DNA of 64,000 bases from Felis catus. Taxonomy: Eukaryota. A program made the position numbers and the translations under genes. Of this stretch, positions 1 through 11,780 are shown one piece after another (within the stretch, counting starts at the first letter, position 1; each line of letters opens with the position of its first letter). The stretch lies in assembly GCF_018350175.1 (NCBI RefSeq), contig NC_058368.1, forward strand, positions 95,482,001 to 95,546,000, given 5' to 3'. Below the pieces are notes generated by a model. The model did no database searches. It had not been told where the DNA came from and was given only the letters and a program-made list of their open reading frames with translations.

Positions 1-59
1 ATTTATATATAGACTTGACGAAAGTGGTGAAGAGCTATGAAAAACCTGCTTTAAACTTG

Positions 60-560
60 AAGAGTGTCTACTTTGTCCAAACGTATCTATACATTCAACC
101 AATCCCTATAAAACTTCTTTCCGTCTTTTTTCCCAGAACCTGAAAAAAAAATGCTTCAATTCATCTTGGAAAGTAAAAGAGGCAACACCAGCCAGAGAAA
201 TTCTGGGGATAAAATACCAGAGAATAAAAGATATTTTACTTATTTAAAATTTTTTTTTTTAATGTTTATTTCTGAGACAGAGAGGGACAGAGCATGAGCA
301 CGGGAGGGACAGAGAGAGAGGGAGACAGAATCCAAAGCAGGCTCTAGGCTCTGAGCTGTCAGTGCACAGCCCAACGCACAGCCCAAATTCATGAACCGCG
401 AGATCATGACCTGAGCTGAAGTCGGACACTGAACTAACTGAGCCACCCAGGCGCCCCACCTAAAAGATATTTCAGAGAGTAAGGATGACAAGTAGAATTG
501 ACATTATGGAAGAAATGAAGAGATCAAAGAAATAAAATAGAGAATGTTAACTGAAATAGG
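60..560 (+). mobile_element. Old L1 (L1M-type) ORF2 fragment, interrupted by a SINE
   Basis: tatctatacattcaaccaatccctataaaa...cagaacctgaaaaaaaaatgcttcaattcatcttggaaa resembles L1 ORF2 (atctacagattcaatgcaatccctatcaaa...attcatatggaa). Confidence 0.55.
237..457 (-). mobile_element. Can-SINE (SINEC_Fc-like)
   Basis: Reverse complement has the ggggcgcctgggtggctcag head, CT-rich region and A tail; TSD taaaagatattt at 225-236 and 461-472. Confidence 0.95.
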
Positions 561-1289
561 GTCGATACTAAAAAAGTTAACTCTGAAATCCTGAGGTATC
601 AACATGAAGAAGTTTCTTTCTTGCTCTTTCTCAGTGTTTATTTTGTGTCAGTGGATGCCTAGGTAGTCTGTCACGGACTCAATCTGATCCTGGCTCCCAT
701 AGGTCCTAGCAGCAGGGTGAAAACCTTGGGCAATGGTGCATGTTTACTTTCCTCCTTTCATTCTGAAAATGGAGTACTTAGGGCACATGTGGCCTTGCCT
801 AAGTGCAGAGACTGGGAAACCCTGACTTTCATACACTCAGGAGATACTAGGAAAGTCTATGATAGAGGGTCACACATACATCCAATTACACATGGGAATA
901 ATGTTGGTGATATAGGTGCCACTCAGATTTCTAGGGAGAAGGGATACCACTCAGTGGTTTTGGTCGGAAAACGTTAAGTGCCGGTGCTGCAGGAAGAGAA
1001 GGTGGCAATATTCCTTCCTCCTGTACCAATGAAAAATTGCAAATGGGAAAAAAATGGAAAAGAAAGGAGTTTCTTGAAGGAAGAAAGGACACATTCTAAC
1101 CATGGGAGGACAGAAGTCTTTGTAAGCAGGACACAGAATTCATAGAGAAAAAGAGGGATTACATAAGAGAAATGGATGAGGTAGCAACAGGCAACTTGGA
1201 AGACAAAACCACAGAGGGCCAATGTTAAACTCATTGGTGGTTCAAATCAAAACAAGAATAAAATAGCTTTCTTTTCCCTTTTCAAAAAA

Positions 1290-1920
1290 CATGGAAAGTT
1301 GGAGATAAAGTACCAGTGAGTATTGGGAGACACAGGTACATTCACATATCATTGTTGGGTGTATACATTGGTAAAAACATTTCTGTTTATATTTTTATTT
1401 GTTTATTTTTGAGAGAGGATGAAGAAGCACAATTGGGGGGAAGGGCAGAGACAGAGGGAGAGAGAGAGAATCGCAAGCAGGCTCCACACTGTCAGCCCAG
1501 AGCCTGACATGGGCTTGAACCCATAAACCGTGAGGTCATGACCTGAGACGAAGTTGGATGCTTAACTGACAGAGCCGCCCAGGTGCCCCTCTTTATTTAT
1601 ATAAGAAATAAAAGTGCATGTATTGATAGAGTTGTTAGGAATTTACCCTGTGGACATATTTGTAAAAATTTTCCCAGTGGACAATGCTTATTGAAGTCCG
1701 TGGTATGAACAAGACTGATAAAACGTCACTCAGAGGGAATGGGATGAATGAAATACACTTTACTGTATTCATGTATCAATGTATCAGATAGTTGTTCTAA
1801 AAAGGAAGTAGATGTGTACACGCTGGTATGTAAATAACGTAAAACGACATTATTACATGGAAACCCGATTTTACGGAAGATGATGAATAATATTTTGCTT
1901 AAATATGTGTACATATATTT
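1290..1920 (+). mobile_element. Old L1 (L1ME-like) 3' region, interrupted by a SINE
   Basis: Decayed similarity to the L1 ORF2 end/3'UTR (cattgttgggtgtatacattggta, ttaggaatttaccc). Confidence 0.5.
1391..1589 (-). mobile_element. Can-SINE
   Basis: SINE body with head ...cccaggtgcccc and T-rich tail on +. Confidence 0.93.
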
Positions 1921-2088
1921 AATAGATAGGTGAAAGATTTGTCTCTGTATATTTCCTTGCCTTTTAACTTAGAAAGAATTCAAAGAACCTTAATAGGAGT
2001 GACTGGGAGAAGGTCCTATGGGATGTTTCTGTGGGCGGTGAAGATTTTCCTTTTTTTTAAATAGATTTTACTAACCATATGTGTGAAC

Positions 2089-2286
2089 TTTTTTATTTTT
2101 ATTTTTTTTTGAGAGACCACAAGCAGGGGAAGGACAGAGAGAAAGAGGGAGAGAGAGAATCCCAAGCAGGCTCCACACTGTCAGCACAGAGGCTGATGCA
2201 GTGCTTGACCTCATGACCCTGAGATCATGATGGGAGCCCAAATCAAGAGTCAGATGTTTAACCAACTGAGTCACCCAGGCACCCCC
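2089..2286 (-). mobile_element. Can-SINE
   Basis: SINE body with head ...cacccaggcacccc. Confidence 0.93.
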
Positions 2287-2550
2287 GTATGAACTAATTT
2301 TTTATGTCACACCGAAGCTTCTGTGGTAATATTTTTTTTTGTGCTTCTCCATATTTAACAAATGAAATTTAAACGTTCATATGTCTATGAAACAACCACT
2401 ACAAACTTCTTCCGACGTTATTTTTCAAATACAAAAGGGAAATAGGAAGAAAGTAAAAGGTGAAAATAGAAACTGAAAAATTGCCTTGAGATCGATTGAA
2501 CTCTCCAAATCCTGAATCTCCTTTCTCCCTGAGCATTTTCTTGGGGTTGA

Positions 2551-2897
2551 TTTCCCAGCTTTACTGAGGTGACATTGATGGAATTCTAGACATATTTAGA
2601 GTGTACCGAATGCTAATAGGCATGGTGGTAAAATGACGACCAAAGTCATGTTAATTAACATACCCCTCATGTCACGTGGTTACCATTATTTTGGTGTGTG
2701 TGGTGATAATACTTAAGCTGTATTCTCTTAGCAAATTTCAGGTGCACAATACAGTACTATTAGTTTGAGTTGCTATGCTGTGCCTTAGATTCCCGAAATG
2801 TGGCCCTCTTATAACTGACTGCTTGTGTCCTTGGAATAGCATCTTCCATTTCCCCACACCTCTAGGCCCTGGCAACACCTTTCTACCTGCTTGTCTC
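2551..2897 (-). mobile_element. L1MA9-like 3' end
   Basis: cccagctttactgagg...ctcttagcaaatttcaggtgcacaatacagtactatt...ccctggcaacacc matches a recalled L1MA9 3'UTR. Confidence 0.8.
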
Positions 2898-2909
2898 TAG
2901 GAAGATGAC

Positions 2910-3119
2910 TTTTTTTTTAAATTTTTTAAATATTTGTTTATTTTTAAGAAAGAAAGAGAGACAGAGCACAAGCAGGGGAAGGGCACAGAGGGAGACACAG
3001 AATCTGAAGTAGGCTCCAGCTGTAACACAGAGCCTGATGTGGGGCTCAAACCGACGAACCGTGAGATCCTGACCTGAGCCAAAGTCGGACCCTTAACTGA
3101 CTGAGCCACTCAGGCGCTC
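2910..3119 (-). mobile_element. Can-SINE
   Basis: SINE body; imperfect TSD ggaagatgac/ggaaggtgac. Confidence 0.93.
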
Positions 3120-4206
3120 TGGAAGGTGACGTCTTTTTTTAAAAACACTACTTCCCGTAGATTCCAAGAAATGTCCATAAATGCTATATTTCAAGATGAC
3201 AATTCCTTGGATTTACATCTTGACGAACGCTGATTTTTAGCATCGAGTTCAGCAGGGTAATTCACAGATATGTGCGTACTCAGACAAAGAGGTCTCTTAG
3301 GATATTTATCGATGAATTATTTGTAAGAGCTCCATGACAGAAATACCACAAATGTTCCTTTGTTGGCCACAGGTGAAGTAAAGCCTAGTAGAACCCTAAA
3401 ATGGACATCTGGCAGAACTTTGAGGAACGAAGCCGGTGTATGCGCGTAAATGAAATGTATCAAGGTTACATTGCTTTGTGGGGGAAAAAACAAGTGAAGA
3501 AGAGAGTGCATAGTGTGCTACCTTTTGTTTAAAATTATGCCCTCCCTGCTTGCAGACAGCGTGGGGAGTGTGTGTGTGTGTGCGGTTTTACTCTGGGGGA
3601 ATGATGTATAGGTCACTGATAATGAGGCATTGCTCTGATGAGAGTTGAATGAAAATCAGAGAGATGTACTTTATTTTGCTTTTTTTCTATTGTGTGCATT
3701 TTTGGGCCACGGAAAATACTTTTGAAGATTGGACCAACCAGCTAGTCAAACACAGTGTGTTTCGCATTGGTGAAGGCATATGAGCAAACAAAATTAACGT
3801 AAATACACCTTCGTGTGGGCAGTGTGGCTTTCGTGAACTTTCCATACACGGTGATACCTACGTTTGTTTCGTGAGGGAGGTCATGAAATTCATCATGATA
3901 GAATCTTTGTCAAATTTTGTCCTTTAGACTCAGTTCTTTGATAAAAGAAATAGCATGGACAAATAAAAGCCATGAAATGGTGTAAGGGGCTGTTGAGATA
4001 GCACCAGGGTGTTTCCCAACATCTGTGAACACACCCTTTGCCAGCTCTTAATGTCAGCCTATCATGCAGGTTGTTATCGGCTTCTCATGTCTAAGGTAGG
4101 CATGGAAGCCTCTGCCACCTCACGGGATTCATGTGTGCATTTCTGTCAAAGGGGATAGACACCTATATGGAGGGGCTCTCTATTTCAATGAAAGGACGAG
4201 GTACTG

Positions 4207-4208
<2 letters not shown>

Positions 4209-4250
<42 letters not shown>
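4209..4250. repeat. (TA)n microsatellite at an L1 tail
   Basis: About 21 perfect TA units followed by (TTTA)n. Confidence 0.95.
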
Positions 4251-4255
<5 letters not shown>

Positions 4256-4767
4256 TTATTTATTTATTTATTTTCAATATATGAAATTTATTGTCCAATT
4301 GGTTTCCATATAATACCCAGTGCTCATCCCAAAAGGTACCCTCCTCAATACCCATCACCCACCCTCCCTGCCCTCCCACCCCCCATCAACCCTCAGTTTG
4401 TTCTCAGTCTTTAAGAGTCTCTTATGTTTTGGCTCTCTCTCACTCTAACCTCTTTTTTTTTTTTCCTTCCCCTCCCTCATGGGTTTCTGTTAAGTTTCTC
4501 AGGATCCACATAAGAGTGAAACCATATGGTATCTGTCTTTCTCTGTGTGGCTTATTTCACTTAGCATCACACTCTCCAGTTCTATCCACGTTGCTACAAA
4601 GGGCCATATGTCATTCTTTCTCATTGCCACGTAGTACTCCATTGTGTCTATAAACCACAATTTCTTTATCCATTCATCAGTTGATGGACATTTAGGATCT
4701 TTCCATAATTTGGCTATTGTTGAGAGTGCTGCTATAAACATTGGGGTACAAGTGCCCCTATGCATCA
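4214..4767 (-). mobile_element. Young felid L1, 5'-truncated (ORF2 C-terminus + 3'UTR)
   Basis: ORF 4499-4765 (TPMFIAALSTIAKLWKDPKCPSTDEWIKKLW...) is the L1 ORF2p C-terminus; TSD gtac(t/c)gattatat at 4201-4213 and 4768-4780. Confidence 0.95.
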
Positions 4768-5648
4768 GTACCGATTATATCTTAAGGGCAGTAGGGTGGG
4801 TGCCCTAGAAGTGGGCACAACAGGTAAAAATGAGGCTGTGAGTTGTGTCTCAGGATCAGATAGCCCTGTACTCTGTTACTCCATTGGAAGAGTGATAGAA
4901 TGGCTGTTGAATAAAAACTGGGAGCATAGGGTCCTTGAAGAGCTTGGAGATCTGATTCCTGGAGACTGAGAGACAAAGTTCTGTGGCGGCAAGGTGTCCA
5001 TTCACAAATCACTTCCCCGCTAATGGAAGGAGGAGGCATGGATCCAGACGGGAATGAAACTCCCTTAAAAGTCAGCTACCGTTGATTTTGTTTAACTTTG
5101 TAACCCACTGCTCTTTAATTTCAGTGTTAATTACAGGGGAAATAAAAAAAAAAGCAAAATAAATTAGCTTTAAAAGAATTATACACACACACTCACACAC
5201 GTGCTTGGCCACGACCAAAGAGTTTGCTGGAAAGAGATAATGGCACTAATTACCTTTTTGCTGTACTTGTCACATCATGTTTAGCTTTCCCTTTGGCAAT
5301 GACCTTTTGTTCAACGGCTCTGGAAAATAAGGCGATCCAGCCTACTTTAATATCCCTGACATCTTAAGAGCAAATGATAAGTGATATTTTGGGTGACTGC
5401 GGGGGTACTCACCAACACAGTGATAATATATGCAAATCTCATGTGAGAGAAATTATAGGTCAGTGCTGTTTGTATCATGCCATTTCTGTGGTGATAAAAG
5501 AAATTGCTGTTAATTACCAGATTATTACCATCCTTAATTTTGATAATTCTAGGCTATCAAACAGTGTTTTGAAACACAAATCATATTAGTTAATTTTTCC
5601 AGCAAGATGCAACTCTGGGCTCCTCAGTCATGATCGCTGCAAATACTT

Positions 5649-5673
5649 TGTGTGTGTGTGTGTGTGTGTGTGT
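5649..5673. repeat. (TG)n microsatellite
   Basis: Seen directly. Confidence 0.9.
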
Positions 5674-6752
5674 TTGCACACGGGCATTAGACAAATTCAT
5701 AGCTATTAGGGGGTAAACAAAGATTATTCATGAGTCTGGGGAAGAGGAACAGTTTCCTTTTCACTGGCCAACATACATATTTCATTCCCCGAAAGCTTCA
5801 CTCCTGAATTCTTCTGCATAAATATTGCTCTTTTTAGAAGCTTCTCTGTCCCCAGGGGAGAAGTGAAATCAGAAACCAATGAGAGTAAGTTGGGGCACGT
5901 TGGAAAAACATAACAAATTCTCAAAGTTTCAGCCTGACAGTGCAGTGCACTTGGGTACTGGTGTTACCACAATCACTTTCTCACTGAATCCTGGACAGTT
6001 ACACTCGAACTATCTCATTAGTTGGGTCACACTGCTCTCAGCTTCTAGCCAGCTCTACAGCACTCTTCATGCAAGGCTTGGCATTGCTCTCCTGGGCCCG
6101 GGAATAGCATGGATCTTTCCCATAGTGTCACTGTGGGTTTATAAAAACACAATCCCATCATCACCATGTTGAGGGATGAGATAAAGCTGCCAAACCTCTA
6201 TAATTTATTTTATTTCATTGGATGTGGCTACTAAGGTAATTTATATTTGGGGTATGGGGGTTCCTGTCTTTCTTTGAGTAGAATTGCTGAAATAATTTTC
6301 AGCATCCATGGGAGAAATTCTTTGATTTTAGACTTCGTAACTAAGCTTTAGTTGCCTTCTTCCCATCTGACGAAGTCAAAGGGCAAACATTTACCAAACT
6401 CTTTTGTAAAATAACCCATGTGTGTGAATCCAACCACCTCATACAAAGAGAAGCAACCGCATTTGCATTGTCACTCATCAAAAAGGCATTTTAGGGCCCA
6501 GGGCAGTTCCATTTCAGTCTGTTACTTAGGTCTCAAACTTGAACTTTCTCAAACGCTGAAGGACAAACTGAGAGGGCTGTAGTTCCACTTGTTTGCAAAA
6601 CTCCTAGCTATTTGCTTTTTATAGCAAAGAGTCAACCCGACTCTTAGAAGATTTAACTTGTACATTATTTATCAGAGATGTGACAAAAGCCTGTGTGCCT
6701 TTATATTGTAGGAGCAAAGAGAGAATCTTCACATGACCAAGTGCCTGCTTAC

Positions 6753-6805
6753 TCCTGTATTTCTGTATTTTCCTGTATTTCTGTATTTTCCTGTATTCTG
6801 TATTT
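6753..6805. repeat. 18-bp tandem repeat x3 (tcctgtatttctgtattt)
   Basis: Units at 6753, 6771 and 6789 (the last has a 1-nt deletion). Confidence 0.9.
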
Positions 6806-7605
6806 TCACCACCTAAGCTTGCTGATCGTTTGTATTTATTGTGGAATTTGGTATTTTATTTTACAGGAACCTACCATGCCCCTCCCAACTCTTGAGATGA
6901 GAGAATTCTCAAAGATACAAAAAACTGGGTTGAAATCCTTTTGGATGCTAATCCTTAGCTTGACGGATGGCTTCTTCTATCTTTGAAAGTTTTCTCATCT
7001 ATGTTATTAATGGAGTGTTGTCCCTCTTAAACCTGTATCACTGGTGAGAGAAATCATCAAGGGTCCCTCCTGTGTCTCCAAACACACATCGAAGTTGACT
7101 AAATCAGACTGAATTTTTGAAATTTCCACCTTTTTTTGTGCCCGTGCAATGTATAGTGTAAATACAAAACAGCTTTATCTGTTCCAGGTTGTATAAGACA
7201 CACGATCATCTGTAACAGCCACATTATATTTAATTTGAAATCCCCTTTATTTAAAAATCATGTGTTTGTCGCATTCTTACCTTACTGTAAGCTGGGGAAA
7301 GAATAGCATGATGTTCACAAAACTACTGATTGTGTTTGGTTCTCAAAAGAAAAACATCCTGACCTAAATGAATCTCATTATCCCATTTGTGAAGACTTTG
7401 GTAGCCACACATAAGTTGTCTGAGAAATCATGTGTTTCAAGCAAGTAAATTGGTACATCACTTTTCAACTTGAGCTAGACAAGTCCATTAGTATAGTGAC
7501 AAAGCAAAGGGTAAGGAAAAGCCAATGTTTCTTGAAAAAACCCTTATAGACAAACATCTTACTAGAAAGTGGAATTTTCTGCTAGATTTCATGGAAGCTT
7601 GTAAA

Positions 7606-7731
7606 TGATAGAATAGTTTGGAAAATTAGAGTGTGAGTGCCATAATTTAATAGATTTTGATATAGTTCTGCTTAATGTGCATATTCTAGAGATCAGTATT
7701 AGTAGGGGAAGATCAATCAAGAGTTCTGTCT
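7606..7731 (+). repeat. ~125-bp dispersed direct duplication, copy 1
   Basis: Matches 8431-8559; last 51 nt identical. Confidence 0.95.
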
Positions 7732-7815
7732 CCCTGGAAGCTGAAGACTATATTTACCTTCAAAGAATGACAGAGGAGATCGAGCCCAATCAGTAAAAAA
7801 GGTAATATGTCAGCA

Positions 7816-8013
7816 ACATGATTTCTTAAGCTTTAGTGCATATGGCAGTCACTGTAGCATCATGTCTAAAATGTAGATCCTTGGTTTCTGTCATCAGAGA
7901 CTCTTACCTAGTGGACCTAGATAGACTGGGGCCCAGGAACTTGAAATGTTTAATTAGTGCCCCCAGGTAATTCTAATGAGATGACTCCTAGACTATTCTT
8001 TGGGAACATGGAC
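7816..8013. mobile_element. MER5-type hAT-Charlie MITE
   Basis: ctggggcccaggaacttgaaatgtttaattagtgcccccaggtaattctaatg resembles MER5. Confidence 0.7.
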
Positions 8014-8430
8014 TTGAGATAATTCTGTACTAGAATTTTCTTGACTAGATGTGATAGACACATGTAATAGCCATATGTATGTACGTACACACATGTATAT
8101 GCAATGTGTACATGTATGTATATCCACATAAACATGGAAATATCTATTGGAGGATCAGATGAAAAAATTGAAAAAGTTTGGCCCCTTTTGTAGCCTTAAT
8201 AATGTTCTTGTGGTTTCCATCACTAGAACAGATCACTTGAGGTAAAATTACTTCCCTTACTAAATACATTGATGCAAAAATTACCTTCTGGAAAAGATAA
8301 CACTGGTAAACCATGGGTAGGCTGCATTTCCTCACAAACTTTACGTTCAGTGAGTCTAGTTGTGTTTTGCGAAACAGTGATTGTAATTCAAGACTCCTGG
8401 TGTTAGAAAAGATCCTTTGTTACAGACTTC

Positions 8431-8559
8431 TGATAGAGGAGTTGGGAAAATTTGAGTGTGAATGCCATAATTTAATAATTTTGATATAGTTCTGCTTACT
8501 GTGTATATATATTCTAGAGATCAGTATTAGTAGGGGAAGATCAATCAAGAGTTCTGTCT
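8431..8559 (+). repeat. ~125-bp dispersed direct duplication, copy 2
   Basis: Matches 7606-7731. Confidence 0.95.
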
Positions 8560-9942
8560 TGAGCCTGAGCTCCCAACATTGCTAACCTCTGCTTACTTGC
8601 ACTTGGAAGGAAAGCAGAGCAGAGACCATGATTCCTGGAGCTTTGGATAATTCATGGCCGGCAATACTGTGGCACCTCTTTCAGCCAGGTGTGGCCTCAA
8701 CATCGAATATCCCAAATACACATATGTAGACTCCAGGGAACTGCTAAATTATTCCTTAACAGTCCTAGTAGGCCATCATCTGAGACCTCGCAGAGTATTT
8801 GTAAGGCAAAGCACTTCCTCACTGAGCAGGTGACACGTGTTTTGCTCAATTTAGAGATGTTCTCCTCTGAGCGCTAACAGTAAATTAAATATAGTGAAAT
8901 ATTTTACAGACCCATCCTCCCCTAATGTTCTCTTTTCTCCCTGTAGACAAAAAAACAGTGAGTAGAGGCGTAGATCAGTTCGGGATTCCATTATGTCCTT
9001 CCAAAGCCCCAGAGGAAATGGGGCACAGCGTATCCCTCACTTTGTGCAGATTGTTTGAGACCTTGTAGTCCTCAGGAGCTTATATCAAATGATGGAAGGT
9101 AAAGGAAGAGGAGAGGACAGGAACTGAAATTGATTTTACAGACAGGAAGCATGTATTTTTCACTTGAGTGACGGCCATGGATTGATTCTCCCAGTAGATG
9201 TGTGTGGTGGTGTTTCTTTGTCAGCCGTGGCCGTGACTCTAGTTTGGATTCTCCAGTTGTTCATGAGCCTGGCCAAGGGGAGGATAAAAAGGTAAAATGA
9301 GATACTGAGGAAAGTGAGCACATGCAATTCTTAAAAATCTGACAGGAAAAGCAAATCCTAAAGGTGCACTGTATCTTGTTCAAAGTTACCCATCAAGTCA
9401 ATGTCAGATCTTGGAGTAAAAAGTTCAAAAACTTGTTGTTTCTCAGACTGGGACTCTAGCTGTCAAGAAATTCATATGACCCTATGAACTCAATGAGAGA
9501 ATTCAATAGAAACTCTAGTTCTCATTCAGAAGACCATTTAACAGAGCTAGAGACTGGAGATTTTAATAGTGGAAAACTGTTGTATCTTGGATTGAAAAAT
9601 TGATTTACAGTAGATTTTAATGCTCCCAGCAAAAGATTTTTGGCATTTTATGTCCTACTGTTTGTCACTCTTCTGTACTGACTCGGCTATAAATTTCAAT
9701 TATAGCTCCATTTCCAGTTAATAGAGACTTGATACATGTAAAGTTTTTGTAAAACAAAAAAAAAGCAGAAGTAAGAATACATAACCCATGTGGTGAAGGA
9801 CAAAATGACACCAAAAGAAATACCCTGATTTGTGGAAGGCTCGCTGAATGTAAAATATGTGGCTTGTGTGCAATTGACCATGGCGTTTCTGGTTACCTGG
9901 CCTCATAGGTTTGTTCTATCTTAGAAAGTACAATTTTTTTCA

Positions 9943-10650
9943 CTAAACTTTTTATCTTGAGATCACTGGAGTGACATGCAGGCCTGAGAAATAATGCAGA
10001 GAAATCCTCCGTACTCTTCACGGTTTGCCGTAACGTAATACCTTGTAAACCTATGGTACAGTGTCATGACCAGATGATGACATTAATCTGTTCAAGATAA
10101 AAGCCATTTCCATCACCAAGACTCCCCCATACTGCCCTTTTATACACAAAAGAATTTTCCCCTCGACCTTGCCGCCTCCTTAACCACCGGAAGTCACTGG
10201 ACTCTTCTCATATCTATAATTTTGTCATTTCAAGAATGTTACGCAAATGGAATCACAGAGTGTGTAACTTTTGATAGAGCCTTTTTTTTCTATTACACTT
10301 AAACTTTTTGGAAATTCACTCAGGTTGTCTGGTGTATCAATAGTTGATTCCCTTTTGTTACTGAGCAGTAGTCCATGATAGGAAATCACATCATATGTCA
10401 ACCAGAATGAACGGCCACTGGGAGTGTTTTCACTTCGTTGGCTACCGTTATACAAAGCACCTAAAACGTTTGTATACAACTTATTGCATGAATGTAAGTT
10501 TTCACTTCAATGGGCTAAAGGGACAGGAGTACAATTGCTTCATCGTATGGTAAGAGTGTGTTTAGCTTTTCAAGACACTCAAACTCTTTGTTATGGTGGC
10601 TGTACCATTGAACTGTCTGACCAACCATGTGAGTGGTCCACTTCCTCTTA
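9943..10650 (-). mobile_element. L1MC-like 3' end
   Basis: agaaataatgcagagaaatcc...caagataaaagccatttccatcacc matches a recalled L1MC1/2 3'UTR. Confidence 0.8.
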
Positions 10651-11590
10651 ACTGGTCAGGGGGTTTGGAGTGCAGACTCTCCACTGATAAATCCCTTATG
10701 GATAGGGATATGAGTACCTCATACTTCCCCTTATGACCACCATGGACATGGGGTGCGGTGTGGTGGCCTCATTGCTACCAATTAGTGATATAAGTCTTTA
10801 TTCCTCATGAGGCTTCCTCAGGACCACCCAAGCAGGGAGAAGGATGAGCATCTATCTTATTACTGTGGGGCAGGGTGGAAATCCAAGCTCTCTGCTGAAC
10901 CTTCTCAGATACCATGCTCAGGGTAGGGGGAGCAGGGCTAGGGTACTTTGTGATAGCCTGGTAAGAGAGGGGTCTCAGCACCCCACTTGGCCTTTTCTGG
11001 CACGGGTGTGGTTTGGGACACACTTGGCTGTGGTGTTGGACTAAAGTAGAACCATTACTGTCTAGAAGCTTCTATATTTCTGGGGTGTCTCTTTCCTGGT
11101 CCTTCAGCTGGAAAGAGCAAGCTTTCTTTGGACTTCATCTCTGCCTCTTGATGTTACCAGGTATTTGGCTTCTTCAGCTATGGGGTCTAAAAGAAATGAG
11201 ACCCACCCTCCCCCCCCCCCCCAAAAAAAAGAAAAACCTGGAAATCTCCACCACAATTTTCCTTGGACTCTTGAGTTATCTAGGTATTCCATCTTCTGTC
11301 TACTTACAGTGTTTGCCTGTATTTGTTTTCCTTATTTCTTTTTAATACTTATTTTGAGAGAGAAGGAGAGCAGGGGAGGGGCAGAGAGAATCCCAAACAG
11401 GCTCCACACTGTGAGCACACAGACTGATGCAGGGCTCAATCCCATGAACCAAGAGTTAGATGCTTCACTGACTGAGCCACCCAGACAGCCCGTTCTCTGT
11501 ATTTGTTTCCTGTGCAAACTATAGGTCTTCGAGTTATACTTTGGGGGTAGGATAAGGTAAATATATTCACTTATTCTGGAATTGAAAGTC
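10651..11590 (-). mobile_element. L1MC-like 5' end (5'UTR), interrupted by a SINE
   Basis: ctttcctggtccttcagctggaaagagcaagcttt...aaagaaaaacctggaaatctccaccac...ctggaattgaaagtcc resembles a recalled L1MC 5' end. Confidence 0.6.
11333..11491 (-). mobile_element. Can-SINE with internal deletion
   Basis: SINE body; TSD ctgtatttgttt on both sides. Confidence 0.9.
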
Positions 11591-11649
11591 CCTCATACAT
11601 TTTTAACTTTCACATTGAACTTTCTAGGAAATAATTGAGTAATTAGTTT

Positions 11650-11780
11650 GATTCCTTCAAGCACCCAACTAACACGCATTTATTGAGTTCCAGGTCTGTA
11701 TTGGGTGTTAGGTTAGGTGAGAGGATGTAAGGGTAAATAAGAAGCCGATCAGGACTCACGGAGCTCAGAGTCTGGTAGGA
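11650..11780 (-). mobile_element. L2 3' fragment
   Basis: catttattgag...ctcacggagctcagagtctggtagg is typical of L2. Confidence 0.65.

Noticed and set aside
4499..4765. Open 88-aa ORF as a host CDS
   Set aside because: C-terminus of L1 ORF2p in a truncated copy
6868..6986. Possible + strand exon after ttttattttacag (EPTMPLPTLEMREFSK...)
   Set aside because: No good donor and no recognisable protein
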